Assembly: GCA_963707985.1 (NCBI GenBank)
Contig: CAVPRW010000023.1
Span: 32,001 to 96,000, forward strand
DNA length: 64,000 bases
Direction of reading: 5' to 3'
From: an uncultured Nitrospinota bacterium
GTDB taxonomy: Bacteria > Tectomicrobia > Entotheonellia > J063 > CAVPRW01
In this document: positions 36,245-45,925 of the stretch, piece after piece
Layout: each line of letters opens with the position of its first letter
How positions within the stretch are numbered: position 1 is the stretch's first letter
The notes under the pieces: generated by a model
Told to the model about the DNA's origin: nothing
The model's input: the letters and a program-made list of their open reading frames with translations, nothing else
The model's database searches: none
Program-made: the position numbers and the translations under genes

Positions 36245-38684
36245 CTATGACTTGCGGATTTTTACCAGCGCAATGCAGTTTCTCCCGCGTTCATCGCGAT
36301 AGTATCGCACCTCATCGACGCTCTGGGTGATGAGGTAGACGCCGAAGCCGGACTCGCGCGAGCCATCGAGCGCTGGCGGGGCGACTGCCGACGGGTCGAA
36401 CGGGTCTCCGAGGTGATGCAGCCGGATCGAGACCTGGCCGGGGAAGGCTTCGGCTTCGAGGTGAATCCACTGATCGGCGCGGCCATGATAGGCATGCTTC
36501 ATGATATTGCTGGCCGCCTCGTTGACCGCCAGCTCGAGCGCCGCGACGCTGTCTTCGTCGAGCGGCGAACCCGGAAGATTGCGGCAAAAGTCGCGCACGA
36601 ATTCGCGTGCCCGGCGAAGCTCTTTGAGATCGCTGCGGATCTCGATCTCCGCATGCGCCAGGGGAAGCCGTTTTTGTACCACTTTGATGGCCACACAGGT
36701 CAGGTCATCGGTCAGCCGGTCCGACTCGGAAAAAGCGAAGACGGCTTTGCGGATGGCTTCCACCAACGCCTCCGGCTCGAGTTCGCTGTTGATCCGGACA
36801 CATTCCGCCAGGCGATCCACGCCAAACAGCTCTCCTGCGAGGGTTGCGCGCTTCGGTGATCCCATCCGAGTAAAAGAGCAACAGGTCTTCGGGCTCGAAA
36901 GGAACGGAGATCTGGTCGTAGATCTCTCCTTCGCGGATTCCCAGAGGCAGGTTGTCTCCGTGCAGCATCTCGCACAGGCCCGTCCTGGCGCGCCAGTGAA
37001 TAATCCCCGTGTGCCCGCAATCGACGAGGTCGAGGCTGCGTCGGTTCAGGTCCAATCGGGCGTAACACAGGGTCACGAAGCTTTCGAGATCGATCAGATG
37101 CCGCACCATGTCCGCATGGGCCAGCGTCACGATTTCTTTGGGCTCTGGAAGTTTGCCATTCCTGGACATGGCCATCAGGTGGCAGAGGGCCTCGAGGAAA
37201 TGGCTCTTGGTCGCTGCCCCCAGCAGCGCGGCGGGAATGCCCTTGCCCATCACGTCCGCGACGATCACATCAAGACACTGATTCTCGTGTTTGAAAAAAT
37301 CGTAGAAATCGCCGTCGATCCGCTGGGAGGGGATGGTGAGCGCGGCCACGCGAAGTCCGGGAACATCCCTTGGCGGCTGATCGAGCAGCAGCATCTGCTG
37401 GATCTTGAAGCCGATCTCGATTTCCCGCTCACGCGCTGCCGCGAGTTCCGCGCTAGCCGCCTGTTCGCGCACGAGTAGCTCGTCCTTGAGCTTGTTCGCT
37501 GCCTGGAGTTCGGCGGTTCGGGCCATGACACGCTGCTCCAATTCGGCATTGAGCGTGCGGATTTCCTCCTCCGCCCGTTTGCGCTGGGTGATATCCTGCA
37601 CCGTGCCGATGCCGTATACAGCGTTGCCGTCTTGGTCGAATTCCACCTTCGCTCGTTCCCTCACCCATTTTAGCTCACCACCCACCACAATGCGGTGCTC
37701 GATGTCATAGGCGGATCCATGCAGAGCGGCAGTCCACGCCCGATCGACAGATTCTCTGTCCTCGGGGTGAACTGTTGCAAGGAAGGCATCGTAGGTCAGG
37801 GCTGTTCCCTTGGGTACTCCAAAGATGCGGAATACTTCATCCGACCAGGTGAGTCGATTGTGGGTGACGTCCAGATACCAGCTCCCGATATGCGCGATCT
37901 CCTGTGCTCTGTTCAGGTTGGCCTCACTCTCACGCAGGGCTGCCTCAGCCCGATTCCGTTCGGTGATGTCTCGTGCAGCGGCAAACACACCGACGACCTC
38001 CCCGGTCTCGTTGCGGTAGACGGAGGCGTTGTACAAGACGGGGATCGTGTGCCCGTCACGGTGGCGGACCTCGAGCGTGTAATCGCGTACGAACCCTTCC
38101 CGGAACGCCTGCTGATAACCTGCCCGGGCCTGCTCTGGCTCGATGAAATAATCCGAGAAGTCTGTGCCGATGAGTTCTGCTCGTGCCTGGCCGGTGACCG
38201 TTTCCGTGGCGGCGTTCACGTCGGTGATCTTGCCGTCGTGACCGATGGTCACCAGTGGGTCGAGACTGGCCTCGATCAGGCTCCGGTTGTAGGCGCTCGC
38301 CAACCGCGCTGCCTTCCTCCTGGCCTCTGCCTCTGCAGCGCGTCGTTTTGTAGTGACTGAAAGGTGCCCGGCAGTCGACGCCGTGATGATAAAGGCGGCG
38401 AGCGCGACCCAATTTTGTGGATCAGCGATGGTGAGGGTATAGACAGGTGGCAAGAAGAAGAAGTTAAAGCCCAGCATGCCGAGCACTGAAGCAACCATGC
38501 CTGGCCCTCTCCCCCACCCGGTCGCCACGAAGAGCACCACCAGTAGCAACGCCAGTGCCACGGTGGTGTTATTCAGCTGGTCGCGAAGCGGCACGCAGAT
38601 GGCGATCACAGTGGCGATGCCCAGTATCGCTGATAGGTACCCTGCACCTCTGCTCGGCAAGATGCTGACCCATATGGCTTGCAT
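36245..38684 (-). CDS. Membrane sensor: KdpD-like 4-TM domain (DUF4118), PAS, PAS, SpoIIE/PP2C phosphatase and RsbW-type HATPase kinase (one apparent indel near 36840)
   Basis: LLLVVLFVA...FNFFFLPPVYTLTIADPQNW; SLDPLVTI and ATVHPEDR PAS domains; GDFYD, ADVMGKG, YSDGITEA, DDLT; ELAVNEAASNIMKHAY, GFGVYLI. Confidence 0.88.
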
Positions 38685-39063
38685 GGCTCTCCTATGCCAG
38701 CACGAGCTCACCGGAATCAATAGTCTTGGGATACAAGAGTTCCAGCTGCAGCGCGAGTGCTGGAAGTACCTCACCTCACGTCTGGCCTCTAGGCTCGGCG
38801 GCCAGCGCGCTCTCACGCTGTCAGGAAGATCATACTTGAGATGGCAGACAAACGACAAGAGGCGCCCTCTATGAGCTAGCTGGCGACGTCAAGGTGCCGT
38901 GGAGTGAAACGCAAAAAGCTACAGATGCCATTGTAAACCAGGCTTGATCCGTGAAGGCAGGCTTGAGTGCCCTCACGCTCTCGTAATAACTGCTAACTGC
39001 TCCAGGCCGACGCGGCGCACATGTTTCCACACTTTATCAAATTGTCAGGCGATCGCGTCGTTC

Positions 39064-39128
39064 TTGATGACTTCCTTATGCAACCTGGCCATCTTTCTAC
39101 AACATCCTTATATCCCGCCCCCTAAATT
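39064..39128 (+). promoter_or_regulatory. Promoter with the same four-hexamer KdpE-like architecture
   Basis: TTGATG(39064)-N5-CTTATG(39075)-N15-TCTACA(39096)-N5-CTTATA(39107)-N10-TAAATT(39123). Confidence 0.65.
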
Positions 39129-39271
39129 ATTTCCCAACGTCAGTCGTTAGCAGCGCAATAATGGGCGCTCGCCCACAGATCGGTGATGTATGGTGCCAGG
39201 GAGGCATATCAATGTCGGTGAAAGGACGGAAACTTCGGCAGGCGCGACACAAACCCACGGATCACGGGAGA

Positions 39272-39890
39272 CTATAGCAAAGCAACCGGGGTTCGTATAA
39301 ACTCGAGAGGCATTGCGTCATATATTGCCGGTCCAAACATCCGAGCAAAGGGGGCAAAGCGACGTTCGGTCCGGGCGAGTATCGGCCGGATCCCACCGAA
39401 GGGATGACGGCGATTGGACATCTGCCACAGCCAGAGATCGTCTGCCGCAGTCGAAACTACACACGGCAAGCCTGTCCTCGTTGTCGCCATCGAGCCTATC
39501 GCGACAAGCAGGCACAGCGGACGCTGCACGATGTGGGCCATCTCAACTCGGGACGTCCGCGGGACCTGGTGGTCACGTATTCTCAGCACGACTGTACGAC
39601 GTGTCGCACATACTTCAACGCCGACTTGTCCGATCTAGCGCCCCCGGCAGCCACTACACGCACCATGTCATCACCCTGGCAGTGCGGGTCGTGGTTGAGG
39701 ACGGTTGGCCCTACCGTCCCACCAGTTGGCATCTCTGACGAGACCATCGCGTCTTCATCCCCGATGCCACGATTCAGAACTGGGTCGAGGCCTGGGGAAA
39801 AAAAGGCGCCGGGGGACATGCATGGCGCGTTCCTGGACTGGGCGCTCGCGGCGTTCTCGGGCGACGTGGCGGTCGATGAGCTCTATTTCG
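39272..39890 (+). mobile_element. Degenerate, 3'-truncated transposase remnant (family not assigned)
   Basis: CPRC...CTTC zinc ribbon, HTH-like ATIQNWVEA and first catalytic-like motif AVDELY, with frameshifts and a stop. Confidence 0.65.
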
Positions 39891-39908
39891 GTCCGCCAGG
39901 AGATCGAT

Positions 39909-41021
39909 GTGTTTGAATCCGGATTGAAGCCTCTGCTCCTGATCCTCGCCGCACTGGCGTTGATCGGGCTCAACGCTCTGTGGGTCGCGGCGGAGTTCGC
40001 GATCGTGCGTGTGCGCCGTACTCGCCTGGAGGAACTGGCCGGGCAAGGCGTGGAGGCGGCCAAAAGCGCAATCGTTGTCGTCGATGGCATCAGTGACTAT
40101 CTCGCGCTTACGCAGATCGGCATCACCGTCGCCAGCTTGGCGGTGGGTTGGCTTGCCGAAGACGCCGTCACGCAGCTTCTGCGCCTGGTCCATCCCGCTG
40201 CGGTCCCCAGCGGCGGGTCTTACCACGTGGTCGCGGTCGCTGCCGCATTTGTCGTTGTGACGGTGCTGCATGTCGTTCTGGGAGAGCAGGTTCCCAAGCT
40301 GCTGGCGGTTCGGAACGCCGAGAGATACCTGTTGGCTCTCGCGCAACCCCTTCGCATTGTTCATCTCATTTTCAAACCGTGCCTGCGGCTTCTCGAGCGC
40401 GCGTCGACCTGGATCCTTCGCCGCATGGGGCATGGTGTTGCGACGCATGCGCCGCTCACGGAAGACGAGCTCAAGCTGATTCTGGCGGATTCGCACAAGG
40501 GCGGGATCGTCACCGACGGCGAGGCGGAGGTCATCCTGCGGGCCTTCGAGTTCGCGGACAAGCAGGCGGAGGAAGTCATGATCCCTGCCGAGAAGGTTTC
40601 GTACATCTCACTCGAGCGGAGCCTGGAACAGAACCTTGACGCGGCGCGAGCGCACATGCACGCCCGTCTGCCAGTCTGCCGCACCGGGCTCGATTCCGTC
40701 GTCGGGACGGTCAGCATGAAGGATGTCTGGCCGCTTCTTGAGCATGAGCATTCGAACGCCGCCTTCGAGCATGCTTGTCGCCACCCGATCATCATTCCCA
40801 TCGACTTCTCTCAGGAGGACATTCTGAAGGCCCTTCGGGCCGCCCGTGGACAGATTGGGATCGTTCGTGATCGCGCCCATGGCAAGACGCTGGGCATTGT
40901 CACCCTGGAAGATGTTCTCGAATCGCTTGTGGGCGACATCCGGGAAGCAAAGCCCTCCAGGGTTGTCGATCAAGGGAGCGAGCAGAGCAATGAGCATTCG
41001 CAACCGTCCACCGATCGCTAA
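39909..41021 (+). CDS. CNNM/TlyC (hemolysin-family) membrane protein with a CBS pair; putative Mg2+ exporter
   Basis: NALWVAAEFAIV, TQIGITVASLAVG, HVVLGEQVPK, HARLPV, GIVTLEDVLESLVGDI; AGGAG RBS before GTG 39909. Confidence 0.9.
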   Translation: MFESGLKPLLLILAALALIGLNALWVAAEFAIVRVRRTRLEELAGQGVEAAKSAIVVVDGISDYLALTQIGITVASLAVGWLAEDAVTQLLRLVHPAAVPSGGSYHVVAVAAAFVVVTVLHVVLGEQVPKLLAVRNAERYLLALAQPLRIVHLIFKPCLRLLERASTWILRRMGHGVATHAPLTEDELKLILADSHKGGIVTDGEAEVILRAFEFADKQAEEVMIPAEKVSYISLERSLEQNLDAARAHMHARLPVCRTGLDSVVGTVSMKDVWPLLEHEHSNAAFEHACRHPIIIPIDFSQEDILKALRAARGQIGIVRDRAHGKTLGIVTLEDVLESLVGDIREAKPSRVVDQGSEQSNEHSQPSTDR

Positions 41022-41110
41022 GCGAGGCCTAAAGTTCGTGCATGTATCACCGCTGCAACGTTCAGGTGTTCCCTACCTGCGTCTGCAGGACACACTATTC
41101 GGCGACAAGC

Positions 41111-41824
41111 ATGAATATTCCTATGGTCATCCTTGGTACCTTCATTCTGGCCTTCGGGAGGTTTGGGTTCAATCCTGGCAGCACCCTGGCTGGGACCGAT
41201 CTCCGCATTGGCATCATTGCCACGAATACCATGCTGGCGTCTGCCGCGGGCGCGGTGATGGCCATGATCTACATGTGGCTGAAGGTCGGCAAGCCGGATC
41301 CCACCATGATGGCGAATGGGATGCTCGCCGGACTGGTGGCGATCACAGCTCCCTGTGCCTTTGTCAACAGTACCGCGGCGGTCATCATTGGCGTGGTCGC
41401 CGGAGTGCTGGTCATAGAAAGCGCCTTCTTCCTCGAACGCAGGCTGAAGGTGGATGATCCTGTCGGCGCGATCTCGGTCCATGGCACCTGTGGGGCCTGG
41501 GGTGTCATTAGTCTAGGGCTGTTGGCGGATGGCACGTATGGTGACGCGTTAAATGGTGTGGCCGGCACGGTGCGAGGGCTGTTCTATGGCGACCCTTCGC
41601 AGTTGCTGGCTCAGTGCATTGGGGCTGCGACCAACGTCGCATTTATCTTTGTGGCCTCCACGATCTTCTTCAAAATACTCGACCAACTCGTCGGGAATCG
41701 TGTGCCGGCAGCGGTCGAGTTGGAAGGACTCGATGTGCCCGAATTGGGCGTGCCGGGCTATACCGAATATCTCCCGCGGCCCGTTGAGGGTGGTTATGGG
41801 GAGAATTCGGTGACTGCTTCATAG
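41111..41824 (+). pseudogene. amt: C-terminal half of an ammonium transporter (Amt)
   Basis: LGTFILAFGRFGFNPGST, NGMLAGLVAIT, DDPVGAISVHG, ELEGLD; the N-terminal ~5 TMs are missing. Confidence 0.88.
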
Positions 41825-42068
41825 AACCATGGTGGGGTCCCCCTCGAAAATGCTAGCCGACTCATGTTCATCGTGGTGGGTCCCACCATGGGACGGATAA
41901 TTCGCTTCAGACTGCAATGGTCTTGTCCCGTTCGCTCATCGCTGTTTTGTCCCAGAAGACCCCATCAAGGTGCAGCCCCTCCTTCCTCTACGCCTGGTAA
42001 TGGCACAGGCACGAATGAGGTGACAATATCGTATCCTACTTTGCTGCACTCATGAGGCTATGGAGTCT

Positions 42069-42133
42069 TTTATAATCTTCTGATGCTGCCTGACAATATT
42101 TTTACGACATCCTTATATCCTACTTAATATATT
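42069..42133 (+). promoter_or_regulatory. Promoter with the same four-hexamer KdpE-like architecture, upstream of PII-like gene 1
   Basis: TTTATA(42069)-N5-CTGATG(42080)-N15-TTTACG(42101)-N5-CTTATA(42112)-N10-TATATT(42128). Confidence 0.7.
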
Positions 42134-42367
42134 ACTTTCCAACACTAGCCGAGTGTATCACCCAGGTGAGCGTTAGCCCTGAGTCGATCTTTGCACCGCG
42201 CCAGGGAGCCGTATGCATGTCCTAGGCGGGGTCTGTCCCAGGTATGGGTAAGCCTTGGTGCAGGTATATGGCCCAGGTGACCCTCCTGATAAAGCCCTAC
42301 CCCCAAGCGCTGTGCCGATAGGGAGAGAGGTGTTTCTGTTCGCTGCTCTTGGAGAAAGGGAGAAGCC

Positions 42368-42736
42368 ATGAAGCTGATCATCGCCGTCATTGGGCCTGAG
42401 AATTTGCAAGCTGTGGAGGCCGCTCTTCATAAACGAAAGGCGTGTCTGATGTCGGTCAGCCAAGTGCTGGGTGGTGGGCAGGAGCTGGGTTGCACGACAT
42501 TCTATCGTGGCGCGGAGTTCCATGTACGGCGACCCAAGCTGCGGTTGGAAATTACCGTAGACGACTGGCTGGCCGACGCAGCCGTTGAGGCCGTCGTCCG
42601 CGCTGGATCCACAGGTAACTCAGGGCAGAGCCGCGACTGTAAGGTCTGCGTGATGTCATTGGACGATTATGTGACATCTGCCATAACGAAGGAGGAGCAG
42701 TGGTCATCGCAGCACGACATGGAAGACCCCTGGTAA
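42368..42736 (+). CDS. Divergent PII-family (GlnB/GlnK-like) protein 1
   Basis: MKLIIAVI, T-loop-like YRGAEF, PKLRLEI, altered B-loop TGNSGQSRDCK; ends EDPW. Confidence 0.85.
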   Translation: MKLIIAVIGPENLQAVEAALHKRKACLMSVSQVLGGGQELGCTTFYRGAEFHVRRPKLRLEITVDDWLADAAVEAVVRAGSTGNSGQSRDCKVCVMSLDDYVTSAITKEEQWSSQHDMEDPW

Positions 42737-42763
42737 CCGTGATGATCACGTGACAGACGGGCC

Positions 42764-42787
42764 GGTTTCCCTCCCCGAGGGGAAACC
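42764..42787 (+). terminator. Possible terminator hairpin after PII-like gene 1
   Basis: GGTTTCCCTC-CCC-GAGGGGAAACC near-perfect stem; no clear U-tract. Confidence 0.4.
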
Positions 42788-43141
42788 GCGGGCCAGGTGT
42801 TCTGCTGGGCATTACCCGCCGACAGGCCACGCGAAACGGCGTCTGATGCCGTAAGGTCTGCCGTATTTCCCACGGTAGAATCACCATACGGATTTACATC
42901 GGTCGCCCCCTTTTCGACAAGGTTCCCCCAAGCTCTACGGCAGCACGCCACGCGTCACCGCTCTCCTCACCCCAGAACTCAGAAGGGTGGGGCAGGAGAG
43001 GTGATGCGGCTCGCGGAGAAGTTTCTGGTGCCGATCCGGAGAGAGCTTGACTGTACTGCTGCACCTTGCTGGCGCGAAGGTCGCTACTGATGACATCGCC
43101 AAGGCTCTCTTGCTGAAACGTTGCAGCGCGAGCGTTGTCTT

Positions 43142-43206
43142 TTTATACCCGCTTGACGTGGCCAAGCCATCTTCTTACGACGCCTTTATATGCTGTTCTT
43201 TATATT
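43142..43206 (+). promoter_or_regulatory. Promoter with the same four-hexamer KdpE-like architecture, upstream of the 43342-49369 gene run
   Basis: TTTATA(43142)-N5-TTGACG(43153)-N15-CTTACG(43174)-N5-TTTATA(43185)-N10-TATATT(43201). Confidence 0.72.
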
Positions 43207-43341
43207 ATTACTCAGCGTCAAGCGCACACATCACCGAGGTGGCGGCGGTTTTGTCGCAGAGGGGCCTTTATCAGCAACATCGGTTTCAACGCGACCGCTC
43301 TGCACCTGGTTGCACTAGCCACTGACATAGGAGGCTTGGTC

Positions 43342-43842
43342 ATGACCACACTTCGTAAACCTGCATGGTGGCAATTGTATGCCCTGGTAGCCGTGCTGGG
43401 GGGACTGTTCATTGTGGAACGTCGCGCAGCCCTGGTGCCAGGCTGGCATATGGGGGTCCAAGCTGCCATCATCTGCGTGATGTATGGCCTTGTCTGGCGC
43501 TGGCTACAGGCCAGCGCCTCCGCGTTGATGGCAGCGCCCACGCTGTACTATCGCCACGACTATTATGGTGGCCACACCAATGACTGGGCCTATGCGACGA
43601 AGGTCGACGGCACAGCCTGGAACGGTGCACGGCCAGGTCGCACTTGGCCCACGGGGCGCATGGCAGTCCAATCGCAGGCGACGGTCACCTCGTCGGCTCC
43701 GAGCGTATCGGCGAGAACTTGGCCAGACCATCGCGTTTCCGCCCCAGGCCCGCGGCAGCCGTCGCTGGTTGTATGTCAGGCGGCAAGATGTCGGGTCGAA
43801 GCCGATGCATCCCACGGACCGAAAAACGGGGAGGCCGCGTGA
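43342..43842 (+). CDS. 2-TM membrane protein paralogous to the KdpC N-terminal extension
   Basis: AGGAGG RBS and ATG at 43342; 28/55 ungapped identities to the start of ORF 4352 by hand alignment. Confidence 0.8.
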   Translation: MTTLRKPAWWQLYALVAVLGGLFIVERRAALVPGWHMGVQAAIICVMYGLVWRWLQASASALMAAPTLYYRHDYYGGHTNDWAYATKVDGTAWNGARPGRTWPTGRMAVQSQATVTSSAPSVSARTWPDHRVSAPGPRQPSLVVCQAARCRVEADASHGPKNGEAA

Positions 43843-43966
43843 GATTGGGTCGGCGGGCCATAGCCTGCGGTGTCGATCGAAAGCTGCTCCACGGAGGCAC
43901 CAACATCACTGCGCGCGGTGAGGAAATTCGCGCCATTCGCGTTCGAGAGGGAGTACAAGAGTCTCC

Positions 43967-45385
43967 ATGCACGACAATGAGTTGTTCTTCGTCATCCCGA
44001 CCTACCGGCTGCGAGACGTCGGCGAAACCATTGAGCACTACGACGAGCATTTCTGGCGCAATGGCCACGCGGTCCGCATGCTCGTCTTCGACGATTCGAG
44101 CCCAGCCAATCAAGAGAAGTATTATCCCCTGCTGGAGCAGACCCGGACCCATAACGATGTCTACTACGTCGGGCCTGGAGAGAAGGAACAGTTCCTCGCC
44201 TACCTCAACCGGCGGCTCCGCGACAAGAGGGTGGAGCCGCTGGTCAAGGATCTGTTCCGGCCCAGCTACGGCGGCAACCGCAATTACACCCTGATGTACA
44301 CCCTCGGCGGGCTGATGGTCAGTGCCGACGACGACATGCGGCCCTACGCCCTGTTGGAGGACAGCCCCGAGTCGCTCGCCGAACATGAGGTCTGCCGCGG
44401 GCGGTTGTATAAAGCCGGCGAGAACGGCTATACGCGCAAGTCGTTCGATATCTTGGCGTCTTTCCTCGACGTGCTGGGCAAGCCAGCCGCCCAGGTGCCG
44501 GCCAACTATCAGCGCGGCGAGCTGCTCGTGGACACCGCCACGGACCTGGAGACCAACGCCACCACCGGGTTGGCTCGGGAGCACTCCTTGATGCTCCAGT
44601 GCGGGTCGGTAGCCGACGACGCGGTGGTGAAGATGGCCCAGACGTTTCGCTCGGGGACCAACGACATCGATGCCCTCGACTATGTGGACCTGTTCCTGGC
44701 CGACGAGCAGCAGACCAGCTTGGACGAGCTGAATGACGTCTACGTACTGGTGAACTTCCGCCCGGTGCTGACGAAAAGGAACTGGCGCATGGACTGTGGC
44801 GTGGCGGGCTACGACAACACCTTCGGCCTGCCGCCGTTCTTTCCCACCCGCCTGCGCTTCGAGGACTACATCTACCGCCTGTGGATTCAGCAGGACGGCA
44901 TCATCTCCGCCCACGTCGATGCGGCCCAGAACCATACCAAGAGCAATTACATGCGGAATCCGCCAGCCGCCGAGATCTTCAACGAGGAAGTGGCCAATCT
45001 GCTGAAGCGGAAGATCAAATCCACGGTCACCCAGCTCGACGAGCTGAGCATCGCGTTCGACTACGAAGGCGAGGTGACGGCCCAGGACGCCGACGAGATC
45101 CTGGGGAAGATCGTTGGCCTACACCGCCGGGCGGTGCAGGCAGCCGAGGTCGAGGGGAACCCGCAACGGGCCGAGGCGCTGCGCCTGTTCGCAGCGAACC
45201 TCGAAAAGGCGTTCTACGGGTTCGAGCCGGACTTCTTCCAGCAGAACCTGCTGCGAATCGTGGACGATGTCATCAGCGTCATCAAGGGCTCGATTGAGCT
45301 ATGGCCGACGCTGGTGGAGATCTGCTACTTCCACAAGAGCCGCAAGGGGCTGCCGCAGGTCCGGGTCAAGAACCAGAAGAAGTGA
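43967..45385 (+). CDS. Uncharacterised protein with GT-A-fold glycosyltransferase-like motifs, 472 aa
   Basis: FVIPTYR, LVFDDSS, SYGGNRN, SADDD (DxD-like), later RFED; strong GC3 codon bias. Confidence 0.7.
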   Translation: MHDNELFFVIPTYRLRDVGETIEHYDEHFWRNGHAVRMLVFDDSSPANQEKYYPLLEQTRTHNDVYYVGPGEKEQFLAYLNRRLRDKRVEPLVKDLFRPSYGGNRNYTLMYTLGGLMVSADDDMRPYALLEDSPESLAEHEVCRGRLYKAGENGYTRKSFDILASFLDVLGKPAAQVPANYQRGELLVDTATDLETNATTGLAREHSLMLQCGSVADDAVVKMAQTFRSGTNDIDALDYVDLFLADEQQTSLDELNDVYVLVNFRPVLTKRNWRMDCGVAGYDNTFGLPPFFPTRLRFEDYIYRLWIQQDGIISAHVDAAQNHTKSNYMRNPPAAEIFNEEVANLLKRKIKSTVTQLDELSIAFDYEGEVTAQDADEILGKIVGLHRRAVQAAEVEGNPQRAEALRLFAANLEKAFYGFEPDFFQQNLLRIVDDVISVIKGSIELWPTLVEICYFHKSRKGLPQVRVKNQKK

Positions 45386-45483
45386 GTTGCTTAGATCACC
45401 CACTGGACAAAAGCATATTCCCCCGGCTACACGGGGTACGGGGTGAGTCGTTTCCGTCGGATGTCCTTGGAAAAGGGGTCGCC

Positions 45484-45858
45484 ATGAAGTTGATCATTGC
45501 TATCATTCGGCCGGAGAAATTGGCAGCGGTGCAGGCAGCTCTTCTGGAGCAGGAGGCGTGCCTGATGTCATTCAGCGAAGTGCAGGGTGACGGTCAGGAG
45601 CCCAGTCGTACGGGGATCTATCGCGGCACGGAGGTCAATGTCCGGTGGCCCAACCTGCGGTTGGCAATTGCGGTGGACGATTGGTGCGTCGAAGGGGCCG
45701 TTGAGATCATCCTCCGCGCCGCCTCCACCGGTGACGCAAAGCCGCTCGGTGACGGCAAGGTGCTCGTCGTGCAATTGGATGGATACCTGGCATCCGCACT
45801 CGCGAATGAGCAGTGGTGGCCATCCGATGCCGGTCGAGAAGACCCCTGGGAAGCCTGA
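45484..45858 (+). CDS. Divergent PII-family protein 2
   Basis: MKLIIAIIRPEKL, YRGTEV, TGDAKPLGDGKV; ends EDPWEA; true start ATG 45484. Confidence 0.87.
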   Translation: MKLIIAIIRPEKLAAVQAALLEQEACLMSFSEVQGDGQEPSRTGIYRGTEVNVRWPNLRLAIAVDDWCVEGAVEIILRAASTGDAKPLGDGKVLVVQLDGYLASALANEQWWPSDAGREDPWEA

Positions 45859-45925
45859 TGATTAAGCGCACATGTCGGGACTGTTGTCTGCCCGCTAGAG
45901 CCATATTGGCCACAGGAGAATCATC

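Noticed and set aside
39705..39908. N-terminal extension of the CNNM-CBS ORF
   Set aside because: It is read-through from the transposase remnant; RBS plus GTG at 39909 gives a normal start.
41827..41891. 10-bp inverted repeat CCATGGTGGG...CCCACCATGG after amt
   Set aside because: Single copy with a long loop and no target duplication; not enough to call a MITE or terminator.
43685..44935. 416-aa minus-strand ORF
   Set aside because: Antisense shadow of the 43967..45385 gene.
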